Positions 1 through 16,165 of a stretch of DNA of 64,000 bases are shown here, one piece after another. Both the position numbers and the translations under genes were made by a program. The first letter of the stretch is position 1, and each line of letters opens with the position of its first letter. The notes below the pieces were generated by a model. That model was not told the origin of the DNA, ran no database searches, and was given only the letters and a program-made list of their open reading frames with translations. This DNA is from Seison nebaliae (taxonomy: Eukaryota): NCBI GenBank assembly GCA_023231475.1, contig JALJEE010001021.1, forward strand, positions 1-64,000. Reading direction: 5' to 3'.

Positions 1-631
1 AATATGAAGAACCTTCTGTTAAATAATAATTTCTTAAGTCTTTTTCAAATATCTTTGTTCGTTCGTTAAAATATTCAGATGCAATTGAATTATGTTGAAA
101 ACCAAAACATCCCCGTGTCTTCTCACATTTTTTTGCCATGAGATTAGCTTGTGCACATGGAATAACTCCATTCATTCGATGGAAAACTTTTCGAGTACTG
201 ACATGTTCTAATTGGCATTGCAGAATTATGTTCAAAGCGACTAAAATTATTAATCTGAGCATTTTCTGTTTTTTCTACTTTAACTTTCTCAAACTTTTTA
301 TAAAACTTATTTCGGTTTTCCTCCACATAATCTCGTTTACTTGTTTACTAATTAGTTCTAAAACATTAAATTAATATTATAAACATGAATTATCATGAAT
401 AATTTATTTTCAGACATTTGTCTAAATTATCCCCTTCTAAGCTTTCGAAATATTTAGAGAATCTCACGAAATACTCTTTTGATTTCCTTTAAATTTAACT
501 TTCAAACTAAATGCAGCGGAATAAAATCTATTCCACTACTATGGAGTGACATTCTGGAGGAGCAAAAGAAACATCCCTCCAATTAGATTCTAAAATATGT
601 GAATAATGGAATAAAACTTTATTTCGTTATA

Positions 632-1426
632 CTTCTGATTAATTCTCGATCGACATCTTGGGTCCTAAAGGACCATCTTACTTGCTTGCAATCCCTCCGG
701 TTAAGGAGAGGTATCGCTTGGCCGCTGATGATTCTATAAATATTATAAAAGTTCAACGGCTTCTGATTAATTCTCGATCGACATCTCAGGTCCTAAAGGA
801 CCATCTTGCTTGCAATCCCTCCGGTTAAGGAGAGGTATCGCTTGGCCGTTGATGATTCTATAAATATTATAAAAGTTCAACGGCTTCTGATTAATTCTCG
901 ATCGACATCTCGGGTCCTAAAGGACTATCTTGCTTGCTTGCAATCCCTCCGGTTAAGGAGAGGTATCGCTTGGCCGATGATGATTCTATAAATATTATAA
1001 AAATTCAACGGCTTCTGATTAATTTTCGATCGATATCTCGGGTCCTAAAGAACTATCTTGTTTGCTTGAAATCCCTCCGGTTAAGGAAAGGTATCTCTTG
1101 GCCGATGATGATTCTATAAATATTATAAAAGTTCAACGACTTCTTAAAGTTCTCGATCGATATCTCGGGTCCTAAAGGACCATCTTGCTTGCTTGCAATC
1201 CCTCCGGTTAAGGAGAGGTATCGCTTGGCCGATGATGATTCTATAAATATTATAAAAGTTCAACGGCTTCTGATTAATTCTCGATCGACATCTCGGGTCC
1301 TAAAGGATCATCTTGCTTGCTTGCAATCTCTCCGGTTAAGGAGAGGTATCGCTTGGCCGATGATAAGTCTATAAATATTATAAAAGTTCAACGACTTCTT
1401 AAACTTCTCAATCGATATTTCGGGTC
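632..1426. repeat. Tandem repeat of ~128-bp units (six full units plus a partial one)
   Basis: Units start at 632, 760, 884, 1012, 1140, 1267 and 1395 (periods 128, 124, 128, 128, 127, 128). Shared core: ggtcctaaaggacc...gcaatccctccggttaaggagaggtatcgcttggccgatgatgattctataaatattataaaagttcaacg. This explains the four near-identical short ORFs at 806-1535. Confidence 0.97.
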
Positions 1427-1500
1427 AAGTCAGTTATTATGTAAGTCCTTTAAATTGAAAACGGTTGGGATATTTTCGATCAATGGAATATATATTATAT

Positions 1501-1573
1501 GCCGTGATAGCTCAGTTGGGAGAGCGTTAGACTGAAGATCTAAAGGTCCCTGGTTCGATCCCGAGTCACGGCG
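1501..1573 (+). tRNA. tRNA-Phe (GAA)
   Basis: Acceptor stem GCCGTGA/TCACGGC, D-arm agctcagttgggagagc, anticodon arm ttaga-ctGAAga-tctaa, T-loop ggttcgatcc, and a T-run shortly downstream (Pol III terminator). One C-A mismatch in the T-stem. Confidence 0.95.
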
Positions 1574-3439
1574 TATTATATTTTTCAGTTTTCTAATTCG
1601 TCGAATTAGATAATTAGATTTCGAATAACGGCTAAATCAATATTTTATGTGTTTCCTTTGAAGAAAAAAAAAAGGTAGAAAAAACTGTTGATATATATGT
1701 TTTAATGTTTTAGTGTTTAATTTAATATTGTATGTTTTAATGCAGAAAGGAAATTGTAATAATCAAAGAAAAATAAAGTAATTTATGTTGTTTAAGTAGT
1801 ATAGGTTTACCAGGTTTACCATGTATTATGATAGTTTTAAAAATTTTTGAACGCAGTATATTTATCTGCTCCGAAAATTCTTAATTATTATGGAGAAAAG
1901 AAAGAAAAAAACATAATAAATATCGGAAAAATTGACATTCTGGATGTTGTTACATATGATATTGTTATTAGAATTTAATATGAAAATTGAAAATTTACAA
2001 ACCTTTATCTAATTCTGTGGTGCTTTTCGATTCATTTTCGATTTTTGTGTATTTTAGCTAATTATTCTGGAATTGGAATTTAGATAATATTACAGAAATA
2101 CAATAAGTAACTCTTTTCTACTACAATATTATTTTTCCAATTCATTAAAACAATCCAATTGCACTCCAATATAAATAATAATAATACAAATTGACTATTA
2201 TCAATGAGATTCGTCGTTTCAAAAACAAATGAGAGTTATGTCAAATTAGCCATACCGAAAAATTCAACCTAAAATTATAAATGAAAATAAATATAATTTT
2301 CTTTTTTTCAATTTTTACTTTTTCTTTATTCTACATAGGAATCCAACGGAAAATTGGACGAAAATTGGACGAAAATTTTTAACAATTTAAATTCCTTTAA
2401 TGGACAATTCTAATAGTTATATTTCTCCAACGGAAACTTTCTTAATTTATATTCTCTTTTTTTATAAAATTTATTTTAATATTATTTTTAATTCAAATTA
2501 ATTTTTCCACAACCAAACTTCTCATCGTATCAAATTTCCTGGAAATGAATGAAATTGAAAACAACACTGAAGATTGAATGTGAAAAATAATCCATATGTC
2601 TATTCCAATCTATATTTTCCCTCATACTAATTTTAAAAGTATTACTAACCGATTTCAATAACAAGAGGTAAATAGAAAGAAAGGAAGAAGATTAAAATTC
2701 ATTTTAGAAAAAAAAGAAATTTCTGAAAAACATTCTTAATGATATTTACAGGAGGAAAGTTCCACGATAAAAATTAAAGAAAAAATAATGAGAAAGACAC
2801 AAACACACAATATTTCCGTGTGGTAAAATGAAGAATTGAAGATAAATATATATGAAGAAGTTGTGTCAATCGGTTCGGATTTAATCTTTCTCAAAAAGTT
2901 TTTTCTTCCTTTTTTTCCCAATAAAACTTATTAGTAGAAGTGAATTAATTTGAAGTTACATAATTCATTGTTATATCTCTTGTTCTATAAAACAATGGAA
3001 TAGAATTTCATTCTTTGATTTGTTATCCATTAAATGAATCCATTCAGCCAAAAACAAATAGGAAATTATTGACTGATTCGAGTATTGATTGATTTGGATA
3101 TGACCATTTAGTAGAAAACTGATATTAAAAAAAAACAGATATTGGAAAAATAGAAGGAAGGATTTCGAGTAAAATTTAGGAAGAAAAATAAAGAATGTTG
3201 AACACTGTATTAAATTGTAAAAGAAATTGTATATCTGTCTGATTGTGGATGTAATAATGACGAGTGTTTGTGTGTGGGCTACTGGTGTGTAATTAGGGGT
3301 ACTTCGAGATGTTGTGAAATTGTGCAACTTTTGTAAATATATATATTATGTGAAACTTTGGTAAATAAGATAAGGAAAATGAAATAGAGAGAGGGGCAAA
3401 TAGATAGTTTACTCAATGGAGAAAATTTTGAAAGAGTCA

Positions 3440-6397
<2,958 letters not shown>

Positions 6398-8593
6398 TCA
6401 ATTGTGTTCTTTGATTAGAAAATTGATTTCAGATGATTGAATGAAGTGAGAAGAACATTCTATTCTTCTTATTTACATTGGACGAGAGTGGAACATGATT
6501 TTACTGTCACAATCTTTTCTGTCCGAACTACCACCACCAAACATAATAAATTAATGATTTCCTCTAAAGTATTCGTTGAATTGCCACAAAATTTCCCGTT
6601 CAATTCTTCTCCATAACATAAAATGAAAATCTTTTTCGATTAACAAAAATGCGAAATGAAAATGAAGATGGAAAAGGAAAATGTGATTGAGGAGAAATAA
6701 AAATTCATTTGGAATAATTCTTAGAAATTTAAAAAATTCATTAAGATAATTCAGAGAAACTCTCAAATGCATTTCAATTCTCAAATTTTATCTTGATTTC
6801 TTCTCAACAATTTTTTCCGTTTGAGAATGACGAAAGAATAATTTCATAAAATAAACGAAGAAGAAGAAGTAAAAAGATTCGTTTTATATCTTCCACCTTT
6901 AATCGCCTGTCCTCCTCCTAACCTAATCATAAAAACTGATAATATTTTTATGACCTTCTCTCTTCGTCAATGAACATTTCCTTTTCTCTCCACATTTCAA
7001 TGCATGACATTATTTTATATGAATAAAATTTGTCATCAAACAAACTTTCCAAAAATTTTTTTATTATACAACAAAAAAATTTTATAAATTTTTAATATTG
7101 ACTTCATTAATTCAAGAAATAAATAGAGAAATGTGCCTCTCGCACTCGGATTTGTTTTTTTGTCTTTTTTCTATATCTTCTTCTTCGTCCGTCTTCTTTC
7201 GGAAGTGATTGACTTGGACTAATGGATGGAACAGATGAATCTCACAATGGATAGACTGATGGATAAGTGAGTTAGGGGGAGGGTGAGGTGAGAGAGAAGG
7301 GAGGGAGAAATGTCAATAGCATCATTAACATTCGATTGAAGAAATTATCGTCTCTGTCCATCCATCTACATCCCGAAAAGAAGTGAAAGATTACACCTTC
7401 TTTTCCCGGACAATGGCCATCGACGACCGCCACCATCTACTTGTCCTTTCCCATCAGAAATCTTAAGCTCACATACGACACCTACCCACAACTGAGAGTT
7501 AAGCTAAACATTTGAAAATAATAATTTATCCATATTCTTCCTCTTCCTTTCCTCCCACATCTCGCCATTTACCATAATATGATACAATGTTAATCAATTA
7601 ACGTTCCTCGTCCAATTGTGAATGATGTTCGATATTTATTTCATGATAATCATGTAACATTCTTTTTTTCTTTCTAACAGATCTGTTTGATTAACAAATG
7701 TTGATAATGTCTTGTGTAATTGCCACTAACAATTAATAATTTTTCCATATTATCATTTTTATGAATTATTAAAATTTTTTTTTCTTCTTGTCTTTCTCTT
7801 ACATCATTTCTCTCTTTCTCCCTCTCTCTCTCTCTCTCTCTGAAAAATCGAGTGAGTCAAATGTTTTTTCTTTTCCAATCTTCTCTTCCTTTCATTTACA
7901 CGACTACTGTTTGTGTAGTGAAAGTGAAGGAGAGAGTGATGGGAAGAAGTGGAACAAGTGTATCTCTTCTGTTTATGGTCCATCCAGAGATGGTGGAATG
8001 ATTCTGTCTCGTGTGATTGGAGAAAGGTGAAGATTTGTCTCTGTGTTTAATTAATTTTTTTCAATTGAATTTCTCGAATTTGTACAGATTGTAAGTGGGC
8101 ATTGTAAGGATAAATATGAAAAAAAAGTAATTCATATTTTCCCTTAAAAAGAAAGAGAAAGTTTAGGGATAACTTCCTTTCCCAATTATTATAAGTAGTT
8201 GATGGGAAGTTAAAGAGGAGAGTGTGAACAAATATGATGAGTAGACTTTAATAAAACATAAATACAGAAGTAATTGGGAGAAACACATCAATTTTCATTT
8301 TGGAAGGAGAAAAACTTGCCGGAATCAAACGTCAGAAATTAAGTTGTGAAGTAATTTGTGGAAGCGTCTTCTCACATCCAACTGTATGATTAGTGTTTGT
8401 ATAAAGAATATCAATTAACTTCAAACAAATTGTGAATGGGAAAATAGAATAATATATAGGGGCAAGGAGAAAGAAAAAATTCTGTTGTTTTCTTTTTTTT
8501 TTGTGCGCTCAAAAAACACATTTGATTTTATTTTAGGCAGTAGAGAATAAATAGGTAGATCTTTTGTTGAATGTCATTTGAAAGGAAAATAAA

Positions 8594-11500
8594 ATGACTA
8601 TTTCAATTCCATTCGTTTCGATTTTCTCGTTAATTCTCCTTCAATCTTACCGTTCGATCAGCGTACTAAAAAATGATGGAACTGGTTTGTACGACAATGA
8701 TCCATATGTGGTCGATTTGACTGATAAGACGTTTAGTAAAGTAGTTTTTGAAAATGAAAAACTTTTATCTGATGGCAAACTGATTAATTCCACATCGAAA
8801 TTAATGTTAGTGGAATTCTATTCAGCTTGGTGTGGTCATTGTCAACATTATGCGTCAACTTATTCGGCGTTAGGCGTTTCCATCAAAAACTGGAATCGAA
8901 CCGTTTGTGGCATCACTGCAGTCAATTGTGCATCAACAACCAATAATGACATTTGTAATACATATGATGTATCGAAATATCCAACCATACGTTTATTTCC
9001 ATATAATTCGACGGAAGAATTTATTGTTAATCATATGGTTAAAGCGACACATGAAATTCCTAAACTTCATCAACAATCGAACGATGTTTATGGAAATGTG
9101 GATTTCGTAGAGAATGCCGTCATCGAAGCTATTGAAACGGAGAGTTATCCAAATCTCATAAATAAAAAAGTACGAAAATGTCTCCAGAATGATTTCAGTT
9201 CGATTCAACAGGAATTTGATGATCATCCATCCATATCCACAATTCTCCTCATTGTCGATGGTGATCGAACGGGAATTGGAAAGAAAATATCTCTTGATTT
9301 ATGTGATATCAACGAACATATTCAAGTCATTAATGTACCGAAAGCTCCGATTCATGTAAAGGAAATTCTTCGATCATTTTTAAGAAAAGAATCTGATTGT
9401 TCGTCAATTATTGATGAAGAAGAGAAAGTTTGGAGGACGGAAATTATTCGATATGTGGATCGTGATGGAAAAGCATTTCTCATTCGACGTCAATGTCCAA
9501 AACACATTTCTCTCGTCACACCTGATGGTATGGCGTCATTGTTTAACATGAAAACGGTGGACAGTTATGAGGGAAGTGTTCTCTTGTCCAATCAATTATT
9601 GTCCCATATTCGTCCATCAAATCGACGTCATGTTATTGTCGAATTAGTCATACGATATTTACATGAATTAAATACCATATCTTCCATCGAATATACTCGA
9701 TTATCACCCACTGTTGTAAAACGAGCTCCTAAAACTGGTACTGAACATCAGGCCGATGTTCCTGTCAGAAATTTCAAACGAAACGATCATATGTATATGG
9801 CTGATATTGAATCAGCATTACATTTCATGTTAAGAAATGAAATTTCTTCAGCTAAATTAATCAAAGGTAAACGATTATACGCTCTCCGCAAATGGTTGTT
9901 TTTATTGGCGAATTATTTTCCCGGACGGAATAACGTCAAGTCTTTTCTTTACGAATTATATATGAGAATAATGCTTCATAAATTTGATGAGGGAATTGCC
10001 GGAAGAGAATTCAAAAGAATCGTTAATGTCATTCATGAACCGGGAAAATTCTTACCAAAGAAAGTTCAATGGTTCCATTGTCGTGGCAGTCAAAAGAGAT
10101 ATCGAGGTTATCCATGTGCTGTCTGGATGCTCTTCCATACCATCATCGCTAATCAACAACGATTAGAGATGAATTCCGAAACGGCAAGACAACATTTCCA
10201 GAAAGCGAATCTCTTATTCGTCCTCAAAGATTATGTCATCAGTTTTTTCGGATGTAATGATTGTGTGAAGAATTTCTTGAAGGAAACGGCAGCTCTTACC
10301 GTCGAAGTAAAGAAGTCGTCGGATTCACTCCTCTATTTCTGGAAAGTGCACAATTCTGTTAATAAGCGTTTACACACCGATATTACGGAAGATCCGTATG
10401 CTCATAAAATTCAATTTCCACCGCCAAAAATGTGTCCAAAATGTCGACTTGGCAGGGATGAGAATGATAAAATAATTTGGGATCGAACGAAAGTTTTCCT
10501 TATTATTACATCTTTCCATCATCAACTATCATTATTATATTTTCTTTCTCTTTTTTTAAGGTTAAACGATTCCTTCTAGATCGTTATGATCCACATAATT
10601 GGTCATATGAACATGTGTTAGATTTGGAGGAAGGCGATTATGATCCGAACGCAAAGAACCCTTATGTATTAGACGATTGGTTGGATCATGTGGGAGGGAT
10701 TGGAAAGCAGAGAAGGGGACAAATCGACAGTGAAGTTCGTGTAATTCTTCTTAAAATTTATTTGAGAAATCTTCTCATGAGAAAGACTTATTTTGACTAA
10801 TCTTCATATTGTCCAACTTTTACTTGATCAGTTTCACTTGATCATAGCTATTTCTAATGTTAGAATAAATAATGTTATAGATATGCTATGATAATAAATC
10901 TTATTTCAACATGTAACTGACGTGAAAGAGAAACTCTTCTTTTTTTTTCGGACATTATTTTCACTTTTCCTTTTTAGTTCTCAAACTATTTTATTCATCA
11001 TCATCTCATTCCACATTAGTTTCAATCATTCCACAATCAAATTATATTTATTCATTTACTACTCCACTTATACACCACTAACAAATATTAGTCGATTTCA
11101 ATAAATTCACATTTTATTCCTTTTCCGATTATCAATTGAAATGATTCAATCGGAATTCAATCGGAATTCAATCGGAATTCAATTGTCATTTCATTCATTC
11201 CATCAATTCATTATTAGCAAACTTTTCATTATCATCATTAGATTAAGATTAATCTAAAATTTTTTTTTTCTCTTTCAATCTAGAATACCTCACCTGCTAT
11301 CGTCATATTGATGAATCGTAAACTGAACATTTTCATTTTCAATTTTTTATTCTTTATCTCAACACAATGGCCGTGATCATCCTTCCGCCATCAACAACAA
11401 TTTAAAATAACGAACTTTCCCATTCTCTACCAAATCTCATAAACTAATTTTTTCCGTTTAATCATTCAATTATCCTAACCCCAAAAATTAACTGTTGGCA

Positions 11501-12122
11501 AAAAAATATTCTCGAAAAGAAATTTCTTTTTACAAATTTTCATATTCATATTCAAATCAATTTATCCCAATCAATTTTTTTCATATTTTTTTCTACTTTT
11601 ACAAATAAACATATATCACAATTTTCTCATCACACGAAATGAGGGAATAAAACTCACATTTGTTCACCTTCCCCAAATAATTCCTGAGTTTTGGAAATTC
11701 TTTTCGTTTGTTTTCGTTTTGGGATTGTTTCCTCCTCTCCTTTTCTCTCATTCTGATTAACATTCCATATTATTTCACAACACTCTTTTCTTTCACAATT
11801 AATTCTCCTTATACATATGATTATATCTACAGATGGACCGTGAAGAAAAACTCGCTCGATATCTTGAAAATAAACACGGTTAGAGAATTTTGAAAAGTTT
11901 AAATAAAATTTAAAAATAAAAATTCTTTTTTTTTTCACATTAGAAAACGAGCGAGTTTTTAGAAGAAGTCTGAGGAGTAAACAATTAAATTATGTTCATG
12001 TCATTGTTCCGTTGATGGTAGTGTTGATTGTGTTATTTACGATACCGAAGACGAGACAATTATTTATTCGTGGCCGATTGAACAAATTCCGTTTGTTTAA
12101 ACCGGAACATCTAAGGGTTTGA
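8594..12122 (+). CDS. QSOX: Quiescin sulfhydryl oxidase (thioredoxin + Erv/ALR domains, C-terminal TM helix), 4 exons
   Basis: Signal peptide, WCGHC thioredoxin motif, CRGS..RGYPCAVWMLFH, FFGCNDC, HNSVNKRL, CPKC. Exons 8594-10492, 10561-10734, 11833-11878 and 11944-12122 join in frame; the last encodes hydrophobic VIVPLMVVLIVLF. Confidence 0.93.
11144..11182. repeat. Minisatellite (ATTCAATCGGA)x3 in QSOX intron 2
   Basis: attcaatcggaattcaatcggaattcaatcggaattcaa read directly from the sequence. Confidence 0.85.
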
Positions 12123-12556
12123 GGACTTTCTACAATTTCATCCCATCATCATTTTCCTATTTTCTATATTCTTCTACTGATTCTTCGAAATTTTTCGCGA
12201 TTAAATCCCCTCTCACTTTCCATTGGGTATCTATCCAATCTAACCCCCATCTATTCCATTAATTTGTTTGGGGAAAAACCCATTCGAATCTCAAGATAAA
12301 TTCTCTTTCTTATTCTTCATTCCCAACAACTATTCAAAATATGATACCTTGCTTCTTTTGAAAAAAAAAAAAAAAACAATCATTATATCTCTCCCTTCAA
12401 TTATTCGTTTTTTTCATCATTAATATTATTATTATTATTATTCTTATTATTATCGTTATCGGGCGTAAATAGAGTAAATTATCGTAAAAGAAAACTTTTC
12501 GAATTATTATCATCATTATACATCTTTATATTTATTCATCATTTTATTTCTTCTTT

Positions 12557-14072
12557 TCAATTCGTTGGGGAACGATTGATTCGTATAAATTTCGCAATAA
12601 AGAAACCGTTACAATGATGTGCTGCCGGAGTGAATCGAACCACATTCTTCAAATAACTTTTATCTGTTTTAGTCAATTTCTTATACTCCACCTTCTCTTC
12701 CAACATTCCAACATCGTTTTTGATGTCATCTAAAATATTTTGTAATTGCCATCCGTTTTCTTCCGCACATTCTCGAACGTTCAAAATAACTTGCTCATTT
12801 TCGATCCAATGCAAACTGCAAGTCGAATATGTCAATGTTTTTCCATTGGGAAATTGGGTGAGAGCATTCTTCAATAACACCGTCTGCAGTTTACTCAATT
12901 GTTTACAACGATCGATATAATTCTCATCAGTCCACGATTCATCATTTGCACGTTCGAATGAAAAGATGCCCGAACCAGAACAAGTTGGATCGAGAAAGAG
13001 ATATTCCGCTTCTCCACTAACATCTTTCCTTTTCAACGAAATTTTCGATGCATCCATATTCAGATAATTGATCTTATCTGATGGAATTATTTCTTGATCG
13101 ATTAATTTATTTATTCTCTTTTTCATCATTTCCAAACGTCCTTTATTTAAATCATTTAAATATATTTTTCTTTCAAAACAAAATGAAAATTTACTTAACA
13201 TTTAAAAATAAATTTAACTTCATCTTCTTATTGAGATGTAAAGCGACAATCGATTTATTTCCTGGTGCTGAACATAAATCTAAAAAAAATCCTTCATTCA
13301 TTTCTTCTTCAATTCTTCCTTTTGTTGTTGTTGTTGTTGAATTATAATTGAAATGATAGAGACCATTCTTGTAGAGTGAGGAGAGTGACATTAATATTGA
13401 GGATCGATCCATTATCATAAATGAATCATCAGGTTTCAATGAGAATGATAAAGGAATTGCAACGACATTTGGATGTGTCAAATAATCGATAAAGAATTTC
13501 CTTTTTTTAAAATATTCTTCTCTCTTTCCATTATCCATCAAATGGTTATCAATGATTTTCTCATCTTTATATTCTTTCTGCCAAAAATCATAAAATCGAT
13601 TTTGATGGAAAATATAAAGATATTTCATTTTATCGTCTTCATTGCCTATTAGTCTATTGTAATTTATTGAATTCTTCTCATTTCCATATTTCTCTGAAAG
13701 ATATTCATATAATTCGCTTGAAGAAGTGAGATGGACAATTTCCATCTCTTTCATCAATAATAACATCTCCTCAACTATATTCTCGCTGTATCGCTTTATT
13801 ACAGATCGGAATTGACCAGAAACACCTCTACCAAAGCTCGTCTCATATATCAACAACTGAAGAAGAAGAGACCCCAATTTTAGATGAGGCGAATGATTCT
13901 TCAATAACCGTTCGGTAATCACTTCAATAAACGGACGAATCTTTAAGAAATCTGATAGAAATCGTACCGCCTTTTTCGGATCATCTTTCAAATTCTTAAA
14001 TGAAAGTGATTTAATATTTCCTTGTTTCTTATCGTATGAGTGGAGAATCCGTGCACAATTCTTATAAAACAT
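12557..14072 (-). CDS. NSUN5: rRNA cytosine-C5 methyltransferase, NSUN5/Rcm1-like (2 exons)
   Basis: DLCSAPGNKS, LDPTCSGSG, TYSTCS..ENEQV and NGFFIAKF motifs; N-terminus 'MFYKNCARIL..KQGNIKSL' resembles NSUN5. One short intron at ~13170-13218. Confidence 0.88.
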
Positions 14073-14319
14073 AATTTTTCTTCTAATCAGACCACGTGCT
14101 CTGATTACTAACCCGAAAATTTGAAATTAAAATTTCTTTTTTTCTTAATATTTCTTGATGTCTTTCCAAACTATAATTCATTCAGCTTGAACCATCTCCG
14201 AATATCGAATTTGTTCAATTCAATTCAATTCAATTCAATTTCGCCAAATAATAATTGGTGATTTATTATAATATTTACAAGTCGAAGGAAAAATAGAAAT
14301 ATAAATTAAACTAATTCTC

Positions 14320-15969
14320 TTATTTCACTTTTGTTTTACGATTATTTTTGTTATTGTTGTTATTGTTTCTCTCTTCAAACATCTGTTCGATGCTCCGTAT
14401 AGAATTTCCATCATTCTTCCAGAAAATATCATTGTTCATTTGTTTCGTTGTATGATTGAGATGTTTAGTGAATCGTTTCACTTCGTTACATTTCACTGAT
14501 TGTTGTATCATTGAGAATTTTAATGATTCTTCATTCCGAATGGAATCCATATTGAAATTCACAGTTTTATAGTTGTTCCATGAAATTGATGTTTCTTGAT
14601 ATGATTTCAATAAATTGAGGGACTTCTCATCATTTCTTGTGAGATGTAAGAATGAGAGAAATGAATCATTATATTTCTCATTCAAACGAACTGAAATGAT
14701 TTCATTCTTATTTTCATACTTGAATGCGATTTTCCCTAATAAGTGAGAGATCTGAAAACAAATTTCAATTTAACTCGATCATGTGAAAAGACGAAGAATA
14801 AACTTTCTCATAAATGAAATATTCGTTCGATTTCCTCTTCTTGTAATTAGCACAACTCTCACATTTCTCACAATTTGTCGTACTTCCCAGAAATGGATGT
14901 GTTATAAAAATTCCACTTGAATAATTCTTCTTTTTTTCTCTTCTTTTCAAATGTTCATGGAATTCGATGATATTCAACCATTCTCTCCGTTCCTCACAAA
15001 ACAAATAATTCGTTAGACACCAGAGTAACCAATAAACATAATCCCACGACATTCGTAGAACACTAATAAAATCTTTCAATGACCAACTTTCATTGATGGA
15101 ATGATCGAACAAGAGATTTCCATCGAAATCCACCAAAACTTGCGAACAATGAACTTTATTTGCTTCATACGAATATTTCGTAATCAATCGATTACAATGA
15201 ATACATTGAAACACTTCGGATAACTAAAAATTTAAATAAGTTCAATGAAAAAATTTAAATTAAATTAAAGTTAAATTAAAATTAAAAAATGACGTTCAAT
15301 AATCGATTTCTCATTCCCATCTTGAGAATTTCTTCTTCCGAAAATAAAGACAGTTCGATTAGTTTAGCGTAAGATCTTAATCGGAATTTTTGTTGATCAA
15401 CATTCGTATCTGCAAACGAATAAAATTCATAGAAGATTTTTTCATTTGAAAGAACCTTTCAATTCGATGAGGATAACGGGAGGAATTTCAATCACGATCT
15501 TTTGTATGATATGTATCTTCAAACAATTGACATCAGAACTCTTCTGGACAACGTCAATAAATTCTCCAACAAATTTCTGAACAAGATATTTTATCAAATC
15601 TTCCATTCCCAGATAATCAGCTGCATTCAACAAACCGATAATCTTCTCAATTTCCAATGAGGGATATTGAGATGATTTCATTTGCTTCTCCACCAAATAT
15701 CTATACAACCAATTGAACGTATCCAATTGGCAAATTATTTGAATTTCCCATCGTTTCTCTTTCCGATATGACGTTGCGTTTGATCTTGGAATTAAACTGG
15801 AATTATTCGCAAAATAATTCATTTCTCCAATTAGAACATCGATAGGCAATTTATACTTTTGTTCGACTTTCTTCTGCTCCTCACGAACATTGAGAATAAT
15901 TAATTTCGATGGATCATTGAATGGTAATGGCCATGGTATATAATCTACCATTTGTTCCTCGTTATCCAT
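14320..15969 (-). CDS. SANBR/KIAA1841-like BTB-related protein (DUF3342-like), 4 exons
   Basis: 'LIGEMNYF...IQIICQLDTFNWLYRYL...PSLEIEKIIGLLNAADYLGMEDL' followed by 'FQCIHC...H...SWSLKDFI..L..SWDYVYWLLW' matches my recollection of the KIAA1841/SANBR family. Three short GT-AG introns restore the frame. Confidence 0.7.
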
Positions 15970-16165
15970 ATCTCTTTTGTTCTTTCTCTCCTCTTTATAT
16001 TAAAAACATAATTTTTTTATGAAAAATAAAAGAATCAAAAAAATAATTCTGTTTGAAATTAGAAAGAAATTATAAAATTATCTTAAAAATAAAATCTGAG
16101 AAAAAATAATTTAAGTTTGTTCATTTCCTTTTTTTAGATAAAATGGAATGGAGAAAATGAAGTTC

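Noticed and set aside
1..400. Short ORFs at the window start
   Set aside because: No recognisable homology, and the region is truncated by the window edge.
720..760. Hammerhead ribozyme (CTGATGA)
   Set aside because: The motif is intact in only one unit and no correctly placed GAAA or stem II follows.
632..1426. CRISPR array or repeated small protein genes
   Set aside because: The units are near-identical along their whole length with no unique spacers, there are no cas genes, and the context is eukaryotic. The ORFs start at non-ATG codons and are by-products of the repeat.
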